NCBI RefSeq assembly: GCF_001194135.2
Contig: NC_068990.1
Span: 63,229,499 to 63,265,330 of the forward strand
DNA from: Octopus bimaculoides
Taxonomy: Eukaryota
Reading direction: 5' to 3'
Length of the DNA stretch: 35,832 bases
Shown: piece after piece, positions 1 through 10,371 of the stretch
Numbering within the stretch: position 1 is the first letter of the stretch
Layout of the letters: every line of letters starts with the position of its first letter
Position numbers and translations under genes: made by a program
The notes under the pieces: generated by a model
Seen by the model: only the letters and a program-made list of their open reading frames with translations
What the model was told of the DNA's origin: nothing
Databases searched by the model: none

Positions 1-1872
1 ATATATATCGTTTTAGCAAGAACATTCCTTAGTACATAAAATATTTGATAAAATACGTGACTAAATATGCAGGTCAGAAGATGAAAAGAGTAAACTTCTT
101 AGTATATTTATATACTTTACACAATTACATTCTATTAAATATAGTAGGCATGTTCATATTTCAGGTAGCTGATCTATTTTGAATTAACAGCACCAAAGGA
201 TAGATAAAGACTTAGCTCGAATATTGGAGCCAAAAACGTTTAAAGCAATCGTTAAATTATAGAAACTTTTTCGATAATTTAGAATCAACACATTTCATAC
301 ATTAACTTTCTAATAGTTTTAGACGATGGATACAGTATTATAACTTTTCAGAGCTGGGAAAGGATGTGTACTTTCTTTATTTTAAGCTATATATTTCAAT
401 ATTTTATCTGTAAAAAGTATTGTCTGTCCATCCTCTTACTGATCATATATGCAATTGATGTGCTACGACTAGGTAGCCAACAGTATTCAAGCTTAACTTC
501 ATTTTCCTGTTAAATGTATAACTGTTTTTCCAACTCGGTCAACGAACAGACTTGAGGAAATAAATATTCAAACTTTGTTAATTGCGGTTATATAGTAGAA
601 AATGGGTATGCCGATAGATTTTCCATATCAGTTTCCTTGTTTGAACATCGAATTGCATTATTGATGAAAATAAACTTACTTAGATGCACATTACTAAAGC
701 AGTTGAATCAGTTCTCGCTTGTTTTATAGTTGTTTGACGTGTAAAGATGGCTGCAGATATAAATCTCATTGTAGTAGTTCTAACTTTCGTTATTATCCTT
801 TTCAAACAATTATTAGAAGAAATAACGATAAATCCTGTTATTTTCTTTGCTTCTCATTAAGTGAGACATGTCCGTGGGTCGTGATCTACAATTACTTTAA
901 TCATTGCGAGCCAATGATTTACTCTTTCGTTTTTACAGCCGACCTCCTTAATACTAATGACTTTGCATACATTAATAGCAATGCACAACACGTTGTTGCT
1001 CTAATTACAATATGTGTTCTTAATCATTTAGGGTTCGTATTAACTGTCAAATCGTTTATTTCAAATAGATGTGAATAATTCGGTAGATATGTGTAGTTAA
1101 TTAGTGAACTTTTCAGAAAAATTGCTGCTCAAGGAAAAGTACAGCCGGAAATAGCGTCTGTTAAAAAAGTCATTCATCAACAACTTCAGAGTAAAAGTAA
1201 TATAATTAGTTTGGAGTTAATGAGAAAGGATCTATTTATTTCCAGAATAATGTCCTGAGTGAATACTCCTTTAAATTAAAATAATATACTTAGTATATGC
1301 ACATGAAGCAGCGAAGATCAAAATAATGGCACCAATATTTATTTTTAACACTTTCCTGTACACTAGAGCGCAAACCGTATTTGTCTAGGTGTTTTCTTTC
1401 GAAGAAAACATTTTTCCCCTGTAGATTTTGGGCGTTGAAATACGTTAAGATGTAAACGATGTCTTACTATAAGGAAAGTAGCGAACAATACACTTGTTGG
1501 TGTGTGCCGCTTTCTACTGAAATTTCTGGTTAGCATTACATGCCTGAGGAAGTACCTATCACTGCGGAGGTGGAATGACACTTAAACAGTATGTCTTTTC
1601 GTTCACTGACGTCGTTTACAGCGTTGTATAGTTTCACACACAAAATTCATAGGTAGAAGTGAAATCTCTGTTACAAGATCACGCAGTCAATGTTATTCTC
1701 AATTTAGCGTGCATAAACGTGTTAAACAACTTCAAGAATTTACTTTAAATTCACGTAGCGGTCACACAGCAATCTGCTCAGTTTATTTTCAAGAAAGACA
1801 TAAAAGTTTTACCTTTAGATCTGAAACCGAACCAGACTCCTTCTAAGTTGCAGATCTATTACAAGATATAAA

Positions 1873-2250
1873 CAAGGTGTCCCGAAATTAAGGCAATCGA
1901 AGTTTTGAGCTTTAATAACTATCAATAAATATGATAAGATATGAAAATTATACATCATTATGAAAGCTTTATGCGTCTTCTTTTTTGTTTCAAACTAAAT
2001 AAATTCAGGTTTATGAATTAGATAACGGCTATAGGCCGAAAGCTTAAAACTAACCATACAACAGTCTTGAAAAATGTCAAGAAATTTCAAAAGACTTGTT
2101 CCACCGCTGATCGACCTGGACGTTGCTGAAAAAGAAGTGTGAAGATCCCTAAGCTTATCAAAAGTACCAGAGAAAAGATACGGTGAAATCCTCATCGTTC
2201 TATCAGAAAACTGGCTGCCACAGCAAGAATAAGCCGAACATCGATATATT
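1873..2250 (+). mobile_element. Tc1/mariner (maT/DD37D-like) transposon, 5' remnant with TIR-like end and N-terminal HTH transposase fragment
   Basis: TIR-like CAAGGTGTCCCGAAAT at 1873. The frame from 2022 reads ITAIGRKLKTNHTTVLKNVKKFQKTCSTADRPGRC*KRSVKIPKLIKSTREKIR*NPHRSIRKLAATARISRTSI, resembling the paired-HTH/GRPR region of Bmmar1/maT-type transposases. Two in-frame stops. Confidence 0.75.
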
Positions 2251-3430
2251 CACATTCAACTTGTTCACTGTTTGTGTAAAAAGTTTCAGAAATTGTGGTA
2301 TGTATAAATTCCTCATTCAGTATTTCTTTCTAGTTGTTTTCTGTCACACTGCATTTTGTTACATTCTAGATATTAAACTAAAATGATTTAATATCTTCGT
2401 AAGGGGTTTTTCCTTGATGCCTTGTTCATCTTTATAATCATTTGCAGTAGAGGAGTCGTTCACCGAGGATCCTGAGTTCATGCTTCAGTTATCAATTTGT
2501 CGTTAAAGGTTTAAAGTATAGTATATTAAATTTCTTCGTGATATGTAGCGTGTTTCCGGCAGGTATTTTCTTCTCATTAAACCTTTTGGTTTACCTTTAA
2601 AGTGATTGTGAGTTAGTGAGGGAGACGATCATGGTGATGTAATCGACTCCGTTTAGATTTTGACGCTTTCTTCCGCAGAAACATTTAGTCTTTTTTAATT
2701 TGATTAGCATTGACAAAACACTCGTTGCCTGCCAGAACCAGTGAAAGATGACTGGTGTCGAAGCTGCTTAGCTATGAAATGGTCTCAGTTTGAACGGGCT
2801 TCGTCCCAGTAATTTAATATATCTTAGATATCTAATTGAGTTTTCTCTATTGTTTCATATGGCTAAATATATATTCAACTAAATGGAGAGGCCAGCAGGA
2901 ATTATCTGATACATTATACGGTCGGATATTTTGTGGTAGTGCAAGTGGATTTCAGTGATGTTGTCAAGTATAATTACCAAAGTAAAAAATTGTTAATTAA
3001 CGAATAGTATTTTACTTCAGCTATTCCAACTGAGTCAGCCAGAATATGTAACATAAAGAAGCATGCATAAAAAATTACAGCTATAGGTGGAAAGAGATTT
3101 TTTAAATTGTAGAACAAAATATTCAGGCACATTTCTTAAAACTCCACTCTGTAGTACATGGAGGTATATTGCATGTATGAATGCATACATGATTGAATGC
3201 ATGCATGCATGTTCTTATGTATATGTTTGAGTGTATATGTATATGTTTGATTAATTCAAGTAAAAATAACTGTGATTGCAAGAAAAATAACTACTAACTA
3301 CATATATACCAGAAAGTGATAAAAAAAACTGAAAATACAAAAAATATCAATTTGTGGAGAAATGAAATTACATAGAACTCGAAAGTCGTTTAACTAGCAT
3401 TGACTTGGCTCCATTTGTGTGTACTACGTA

Positions 3431-3753
3431 CAAGGTGCGTTCAAAAAACCTCCGATCTTATTTTTACCCGCGAAGACTAATGCTGCGTAGGAAAAATTCT
3501 TTGGGTTGTAGGTAAAAATTTTCCCGCTTGTAGACCGCATCAATTCCGGGCTGATACGCCTAGAGTACAGACATCTAGTACGCGCTCGTTGGATTTTCGT
3601 TTTCACGCAAGATGACCGAAAGTATCAAGCAGAGAGCATGAATCCATGTCTCATCCCAATGATGATTGTCTTTATGAAGTCTGAGTCGTGTTTTGCACAG
3701 TCCAGCATATTTTGAGCAATTTCAAATCGGAGCTGTTTCAGCTGCTCCACCAG
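3431..3753. mobile_element. mariner (DD34D-family) rearranged remnant: 5' TIR and start on +, catalytic-domain piece on -
   Basis: TA (3429-3430) followed by TIR-like CAAGGTGCGTTCAAAAAA. ATG at 3612 gives MTESIKQR. The minus strand of 3637-3753 reads LVEQLKQLRFEIAQNMLDCAKHDSDFIKTIIIG/DETWIH (frameshift), the mariner region carrying the first catalytic Asp (GDETW). Confidence 0.75.
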
Positions 3754-4942
3754 TATAGGCATTATTAACTGAACGAATGTGTTTTACAAATTTCAGCCGT
3801 ACCCATTGATAACAAATTGGTTGTGGTAGCTTACAAAACAACACTACCTATGGAAATAAAGTTGTGTATTAGCAGTGATAATTATCAAAAGACTTAAATG
3901 TGATTCAGATACTCAAGTTGTAAACATATTCAAACATTTAGTTTAATAGATTCTTAGAACTTTAGAAACAAAATTTATAGTAACAAATTTGCTTTCGATT
4001 GATCCTTTACTCCCCATGAAATTTGTGGTTCTTACCAACTCGATAGTTCTTTTGTAATATCTAACTACAACATTAATGATGACAAACGAATACCGTTACT
4101 GCTTAAAATAACAAGGTGATTTCGAGCTTTTGATTGTAAGACACACGACAATAACAGTTTCAACAAATTAGAAAAACACAAACATAAACCTTCTGTAATT
4201 CTAAATATCAATGCTATTCAAATGAGCATAAATAATGAAGTATAAGAATTATGACAAGTTGATCGTACGTCTAAATTTGTGTTTGGAATCATACTGTTCC
4301 CCATGAGATCTGAATATGTGATTTGGCCCTCATCATGTTTCTCGGTTGAGTATCAATGATTTAGAGCGTATAAAATAAATGCGCAACAGTCTGGCGTTGC
4401 ATTAATAACCTTATTTGTCTTTAATTGAAATTAAAGTTTATGGCGTCCTAATTATTAAATTAAATATCTACCGTTAAGATGTCAGTGCCGCCACTAGGTA
4501 GACTGATTGCCTGAAGAACAATAGCTTTCAATGTCGATGCAATGCAGATATAACATGGGAATACAATCATTATTAATCTACCCTTTCCGAAGTAGAGTGC
4601 CTGCGGCACATATTCAGTGTTTCGTATTTTAGAATAGTAGGCTGTAATTAAAAAGAAATTTGGATGTTATTTCTTGCGGTCCGATTAACCACACGAAGGT
4701 TATCTCATTGTTTCTAAATTATTTATTTTTAGCGAAGTGGAAATTTTTTTTGTTTTTTTTTTTGTATATTTAATGATAAACTAGGAAGTCATCAACCAGA
4801 CTAAGATATAAATATTGAAGACTAAATTTAATGTATTTTTAATCACTACTAACCATGTCAACTAAACGAAATTCATTCAAGTACCGTTTTTACACTGATA
4901 TGCACATACTCATTAACATCGGCTTCTCTCTGTTTCTCTCAG

Positions 4943-4966
4943 TCTGCACCCTAACTGTTCGACAAA
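4943..4966 (+). other. candidate 24-nt microexon
   Basis: Long polypyrimidine tract CTTCTCTCTGTTTCTCTCAG, branch-like ATTAAC at about 4912-4917, and donor AAA|GTAAGC. Open in two of three phases. No homology recognised. Confidence 0.3.
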
Positions 4967-5098
4967 GTAAGCGCTGATAGAACAAATGCTAGGCTGAAAT
5001 ATGTAGTGGAGGTGTTTCAATAAACACTTCAAAGCTATCCCACAGTATCGCCGTAGTTCGACAACTGAAACCTGTCAAAGAAAATAAGAGTAAAATAG

Positions 5099-5150
5099 TG
5101 TGAGTGTGTGTGTGTGTGTGTGCGTGTGTGTGTGCGTGTGTGTGTGTGTA
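5099..5150. repeat. (TG)n microsatellite next to N gap 5159-5227
   Basis: Direct reading. Confidence 0.95.
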
Positions 5151-5285
5151 CATAATACNNNNNNNNNNNNNNNNNNNNNNNNNNNNNNNNNNNNNNNNNN
5201 NNNNNNNNNNNNNNNNNNNNNNNNNNNTACATACATATATATATGTATGTATATCTTAGAACTCAACACCAGATTATTGTCCACC

Positions 5286-5353
5286 ATATCACATGTATAT
5301 CACATGTCACATATCACATATCACATGTATATCACATGTATATCACATGTATA
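5286..5353. repeat. short tandem repeat, unit about ATATCACATGT (11 bp) with partial units
   Basis: atatcacatgt/atatcacat repeated about 6-7 times. Confidence 0.85.
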
Positions 5354-6754
5354 TAAAAGTTATGAATTTTCCATTCAAAAATCATTCATGATGAATCCTT
5401 CAGGGATGAAAGTGTTAAATAAATAATTTATATCCAAATTCTGACTACCTACTTATTCTTAATATATACAGTCTGTAAACCATATCAAACGATCAATTCG
5501 CATACACATGCATACATATATAGCTTTAAACTATACTCAAAAACTATTAATAACACGTGTGTGTCGGTGTATTATTTATTTTGGTTGCATTCAGCTACTC
5601 ACTGCGCGGGCGAATATGCACCATCCAACGTCTCCATCTTTGTTTCCACCTAATCGGAAGTCCCCATCTCACTAGCTAGCCCGCAGTGAAGTTCCTGTCT
5701 ATTGTTCGTGTACAGTAGCTGGGCAGTACCCTACACATATGTATATACATGTGTGTAAATTAATCCAAAATTATACAGTGGATTGCAATTGTCCAAAGTT
5801 TCATACAGTAGGTACGAAACTGGAACCATTCATTAAGAACTGATCTTGTTAACCAATGTAATGTATTAATATTGTAAAGCCAAGTAAGAGATGACAAATG
5901 GCACACTGTCTCAATTTCAAGTGTCTTTAGTATCAAGTCAAGTGCAACCATCTCATACGTTTTTATGTTTTAATTTGAATCAATATTTATAGGAAGATCA
6001 TGCACTTTGGCATTCGCTTAATAAATGACGTCATATATTGTGTTACGATAACGGTAATTGATACTAGCTAGATCACTGGGTTTTCCGTGAACAAGTTAGA
6101 ATAAGCGTAAATAACGATTCCCTATTAACTTAAAATATTATCCAGTAAAGGTTGCTAGTAATAATTCGAATAAAATTGTCTTTTCTCTCGAAACAAAATA
6201 CAAATGTTATCACATGTGAACATGATTTGCTCGCTTTAATGTATCACTTTGTTTTAATACTTTAATTCTAAACGCAATTAAAACACTAACGGGTTTTCTA
6301 GTTCTAAATATATTAAGTCGAATTTGCAAACTAGAATTTATAGCAAATTACTATAAGAACGAAAATTGTTATTTGAATATTCAAATTCACAAATGGAAAT
6401 TTCAGATGAAATTAGGAAATCACAGTTGAAACTATGCTAATTCAAATATATGATTTTATTAAACGTGCTGATATCTCTTATATTGTCTGTTTATAAATTC
6501 TCCGAATAATTGAATATGAAGTAAATTTCGAACGGGGGTAATTATTTCTAAAAACATAAAAATATTCTTAACGTTGTCCTTTACGAAAATATTAATGTGT
6601 TACTGGTTGTAGTTAATTTACGTCCCAATAACAAAGATTTAGATTGCGAATAAATCTTCATTATTTTACTATTGGATTTTCACTGAGAACAAAGTTATGA
6701 ATAAATCAGCAAAAGGAACAGAATATTTGATGCACAAGTCTAGTAAAAAAGAAC

Positions 6755-6987
6755 GAACCATTTATGGTGCATTTTGGAAAAAAGCAAGTAAGGAGTCGAT
6801 ATCCTCCACCATCATCACTACAAGAACTGGAGACTGTTTTAGCTGAAGAATGGACAAACTTTCCTTTGGAAACAATTCAAACTTTGTACGAGTCCATACC
6901 TCGTAGAATTCAAGCTGTAATTATTGCCATATTAAAATAAATTTGATAGAAGTTTAAAGGTGTTTGCATTATTTTGTCCGACCCCTG
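6755..6987 (+). mobile_element. Tc1-like transposon 3' remnant with right TIR
   Basis: Translation (one frameshift) EPLWCILEKQVRSRYPPPSSLQELETVLAEEWTNFPLETIQTLYESIPRRIQAVIIA, a typical Tc1 C-terminus. Ends TGCATTATTTTGTCCGACCCCTG followed by TA. Confidence 0.85.
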
Positions 6988-6999
6988 TATATATATATA

Positions 7000-7160
7000 C
7001 GGCGGGCTTCTTTCAGTTTCCGTCCACCAAATCCATTCACTAGTGTTCGGCCCTAGGCTATAGTAGAAGATATTTGCCCCCAAGGTGCTACGCAGTGGAA
7101 GTGAGTCTGGAAACATGTGGTTGGGAAGCAAGCTTCTTACCAAACAGCCATGCCTGCACC
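7000..7160 (-). mobile_element. tRNA-derived SINE family A, 5' half
   Basis: Reverse complement GGTGCAGGCATGGCTGTTTGGTAAGAAGCTTGCTTCCCAACCACATG...CACCTTGGGGGCAAAT...GACGGAAACTGAAAGAAGCCCG. Homologous to 9602-9763 and 12445-12815. Confidence 0.85.
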
Positions 7161-7284
7161 TATATATATGTATGTATGTATATATATATATATATATNNN
7201 NNNNNNNNNNNNNNNNNNNNNNNNNNNNNNNNNNNNNNNNNNNNNNNNNNNNNNNNNNNNNNNNNNNNNNNNATATTGTTGTTG

Positions 7285-7690
7285 TTAGCATCCTTTTGTC
7301 TTGGGAGACAATGGAGTTGCGCATCAACTAATCCTGTCTGTTTTTTACATTTCATGTCCTCTCCAGTTTTGCGCAGGCGTGGGCTAGATGTAAGAAAATC
7401 CCGGGTAGCCCAATCGTCAGGATTCCTCTCTCGACCTTGCTGACATAGTCCAAAGGAATGCAGAGCATTAAGTTTGGCACCAACTTGGTTGCGGGAGCTG
7501 CCGGAAGAGTATCGAGTTGAACACTAAACCGCCTACGGGGTTCCACTCCTTATTTCTTTGAAGGTTGTCTCTTTTTCTGTAAAGGGCCCATACCGGGTAC
7601 TGGATACTGTCAGCCATAGCCAGCTAGGCCCGGTACTCGTGTAAGGCAGGGTCGTCACTCCCTGAAGTAGTGAAGAAAATCGCTACCCGC
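7285..7690 (+). mobile_element. probable RTE-clade LINE 5' region (non-coding fragment)
   Basis: GC-richer block. CATCCTTTTGTCTTGGGAGACAATGGAG and CCAAAGGAATGCAGAGCATTAAGTTTGGCACCAACTTGGTTGCGGGAGCTGCCGGAAG resemble RTE 5' regions as I recall them. Not verified by search. Confidence 0.45.
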
Positions 7691-7780
7691 TACCTATATA
7701 TATATATATGTATATATAATCTATGCTTTATTTACATTATTTACATTTGACGGATATTCGTCCTCATCTTGTTTGTTGTT

Positions 7781-7826
7781 AACACAACGTTTCGGCTGAT
7801 ATACCCTCCAGACTTCGTCAGGTGTC
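7781..7826 (-). ncRNA. minimal type I hammerhead ribozyme, inverted copy (one stem II mismatch)
   Basis: Reverse complement GACAC-CUGACGA-A-GUCUG-gagggUAUAU-CAGCC-GAAA-CGUU-GUGUU. Identical to the + copy except GUCUG for GGCUG. Confidence 0.7.
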
Positions 7827-7958
7827 TTGGGGAAATTTCGAACCTGGTTTCTCATTCCTATCGACGTTACTATTATTATTATTATTATTATTATTATATT
7901 ATTATTATTATTACTATTATTAATCAGGTCGCTGCCGTGAATCGAACTCGGAACCTTG

Positions 7959-8020
7959 TAGTGGTTAAGAGCGCGGGCTACTAACCCCAAGGTTCCGAGT
8001 TCGATTCACGGCAGCGACCT
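7959..8020 (+). promoter_or_regulatory. tRNA-like Pol III head (3' part of A box plus B box), 5'-truncated
   Basis: TAGTGGTTAAGAGCG (A-box/D-arm-like), anticodon-like loop CT-ACT-AA closed by GGG/CCC, T-arm CCGAG-TTCGATT-CACGG with B box GTTCGATTC at 7999-8007. Confidence 0.75.
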
Positions 8021-8107
8021 GATTAATAATAGTAATAATAATAATATAATAATAATAATAATAGTAACATCGATAGGAATGAGAACCCAGGTTCGAAATT
8101 TCCCCAA

Positions 8108-8153
8108 GACACCTGACGAAGGCTGGAGGGTATATCAGCCGAAACGTTGTGTT
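8108..8153 (+). ncRNA. minimal type I hammerhead ribozyme (Penelope-type)
   Basis: Stem I GACAC(8108-12)/GUGUU(8149-53); core CUGACGA (8113-19); extra A8120; stem II GGCUG(8121-25)/CAGCC(8136-40); GAAA (8141-44); palindromic stem III ACGU; NUH triplet GUU with predicted cleavage after 8148. Confidence 0.8.
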
Positions 8154-8257
8154 AACAACAAACAAGATGAGGACGAATATCCGTCAAATGTAAATAATGT
8201 AAATAATGTAAATAATTCCTCATCTCTTAAATATAGAACTGTTTAATCTATGCTGCC

Positions 8258-8317
8258 AGAAACTTCTAGGAATTCTTGAAACTTTTAGAAACTTATAGAA
8301 ATTTCTAGAAAATTCTG
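8258..8317. repeat. degenerate ~10-bp tandem repeat (AGAAACTTCT-like)
   Basis: agaaacttct/ggaattctt/gaaactttt/agaaacttat/agaaatttct/agaaaattct. Confidence 0.7.
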
Positions 8318-8923
8318 CTTCGGGAATTCAGAGCTGGATTTGTCTAAAATATAATGGAAAATACATTAATTTCAGAACGTAATGTCTAGGTCACAAAACC
8401 AAAATTTGAAGGGAATAATTATTATTTCTTTTGAGGTGGCAGCGAATTGACTAGCAAAAGACAAAAAATTACACTATGTAATTGAATATAAAAGGACATT
8501 AATATCTATCTACATATATACAAATTATGGCGGTTCGTACACAGGTGATGTTAACGATGAGGTACGCTAGGTAAGTGCTGTAACGGATTACTGGGGTTCA
8601 AGGGTATAGCCGAGACGGTAGTTATGGAACTATTGCAGATTTCCGATGCAGTGGATATATAGTTGTTAAACAGGACAGCAGACATTAAGGCAAGGCAAAC
8701 ATTGGTTTTGTGACCTAGACATCACTGTTCTGAAATTAACCTATTTTCCATTATATTTCAGACTGATCCAGCTCTCAATTTCTGAAGCGTATATGTATGT
8801 ACACGTATGAATATGTATGTGTCTGTACATTCGCCAATAATCATATATATTAATTTGGTCACTTAAAGAAAATATTGAACTTCTACTGTTTATAAAATTA
8901 CTATTTTTATGTGTGCAAACTAA

Positions 8924-8953
8924 TGTGTGTGTGTCTGTATGTGTTTTTGTGTC

Positions 8954-8995
<42 letters not shown>

Positions 8996-9005
8996 NNNNN
9001 NNNNN

Positions 9006-9045
<40 letters not shown>
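8924..9045. repeat. compound (TG)n / (AG)n microsatellite with 10-N gap
   Basis: Direct reading. Confidence 0.95.
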
Positions 9046-9048
<3 letters not shown>

Positions 9049-9601
9049 GTGAATGCATTTGTATGAACATGTCTGGAAATATTCTTAAGAATGTTATTGG
9101 TTTGTTATCAATGGTCTTAGAATGGCATGTTTGTCCTTGTAAACCAACTGAGTGAAATACCAATAGTTTAGGTCGCTCTGCTATGCATTTAACTAGTTAA
9201 GTAGATCTCCTAAAACAAATACATTATCTTAACATGCCAAGATCTCTATTTACATCTTTAAATCCTATTTAATTTTCATTTCTTTTCAAACTTCCCATTC
9301 TATTCGTTTGATTATTTATTCATTTATCTATGTTATTTTTATCCAATGATTTATTCATCTAAATACTATGGGATGATAAGCCAAATCTTTAGAAAGCAAA
9401 TCTTTATGATAATCTCATTTTTCTTATTTTATATTTTATTTTTTGATATTATTGCATTTATTTTATTCTATTTATCTGAACTTGTATTTATCCATTGTCC
9501 TCCTTTTTTAACCCGATACTTAAAATGCAACACTTATTGGCAAATTGTGATGAGTGACAGGCATAAGCACAAAGACACACACATAGATATATACATATAT
9601 A

Positions 9602-9763
9602 CGACGGGTTTCTTTCAGTTTCTCTTAACCAAATCCACTCACAATGCTTTGGTTAGCCACTGGCTACAGTAAAAGTCCGCAGCACAAGGTGCCACTCAGT
9701 GGGACTGAACCCAGAACCGTATGGATGGGAAGAAACTTCTTACCACACAGCTGCTCCTGCACT
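9602..9763 (-). mobile_element. SINE family A, 5' half
   Basis: Reverse complement AGTGCAGGAGCAGCTGTGTGGTAAGAAG...GGGTTCAGTCCCACTGAGTGGCACCTTG...GAAACTGAAAGAAACCCGTCG. Aligns to 7000-7160. Confidence 0.85.
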
Positions 9764-9833
9764 TATCAGACTTGTGCCTGCAAATATATATATACATATA
9801 TATATATATGTCATTTTCATAGCATTTTGTCGA

Positions 9834-9907
9834 TGGCCAGATAACTGAAGAGATGGCGGCGTGGGTTTCCGCTTCGACACCCGAAACTCGGAGTTTTATC
9901 ATGGCTA
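9834..9907 (+). ncRNA. hammerhead ribozyme-like motif (type I), stem II base degenerate
   Basis: Stem I UGGCCAGAUAA(9834-44)/UUAUC-A-UGGCUA(9896-9907), 11 bp with one bulge; core CUGAAGA (9845-51); GAAA (9883-86); stem III ACUC-G-GAGU; triplet GUU (9893-95). The intervening region pairs only internally (GCGG/CCGC). Confidence 0.6.
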
Positions 9908-10278
9908 CCGAATAATTGTCACATATTATTTACTGATAAATTCCTCTATTTACATATTATCGAGCTCTCTTTCTTTCTTTTGTTGTCTTACCTTTTCTAT
10001 GAATATATATATATATATATATANNNNNNNNNNNNNNNNNNNNNNNNNNNNNNNNNNNNNNNNNNNNNNNNNNNNNNNNNNNNNNNNNNNNNNNNNNNNN
10101 NNNNNNNNNNNNNNNNNNNNNNNNNNNNNNNNNNNNNNNNNNNNNNNNNNNNNNNNNNNNNNNNNNNNNNNNNNNNNNNNNNNNNNNNNNNNNNNNNNNN
10201 NNNNNNNNNNNNNNNNNNNNNNNNNNNNNNNNNNNNNNNNNNNNNAGTATATTCTATGTTGACTTTACCTATAAAGCG

Positions 10279-10366
<88 letters not shown>
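10279..10366. repeat. (TATC)n + (TA)n microsatellite
   Basis: Direct reading. Confidence 0.95.

Positions 10367-10371
<5 letters not shown>

Larger units (their letters stand above)
7728..8243. mobile_element. palindromic composite insertion of a tRNA-headed, hammerhead-bearing element (family D), 11-bp TSD
   Basis: Arms 7728-7958 and 7988-8206 are inverted copies differing by 3 substitutions and 12 nt of (AAT)n length. The 29-nt spacer is at 7959-7987. TAATCTATGCT occurs at both 7717-7727 and 8244-8254. Confidence 0.9.

Noticed and set aside
719-1078. 119-aa ORF and overlapping hydrophobic MAADINLIVVVLTFVIILF short ORF
   Set aside because: No recognisable domain, and no coherent splice or start context. 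Compatible with chance in AT-rich DNA.
5600-5688. Short inverted repeat CACTGCGCGGGC / GCCCGCAGTG in a CpG-richer patch
   Set aside because: Only about 10 bp with an indel and no TSD. Insufficient for a MITE or promoter call.
7350-7480. HDV-like ribozyme in the putative RTE 5' region
   Set aside because: A P1-like pairing (GTTTTGC/GCAGAGC) exists, but I could not assemble P3/L3, the P1.1 GG or J4/2 in register.
8545-8570. Possible exon before TAG|GTAAGT
   Set aside because: Weak pyrimidine tract; no further support.
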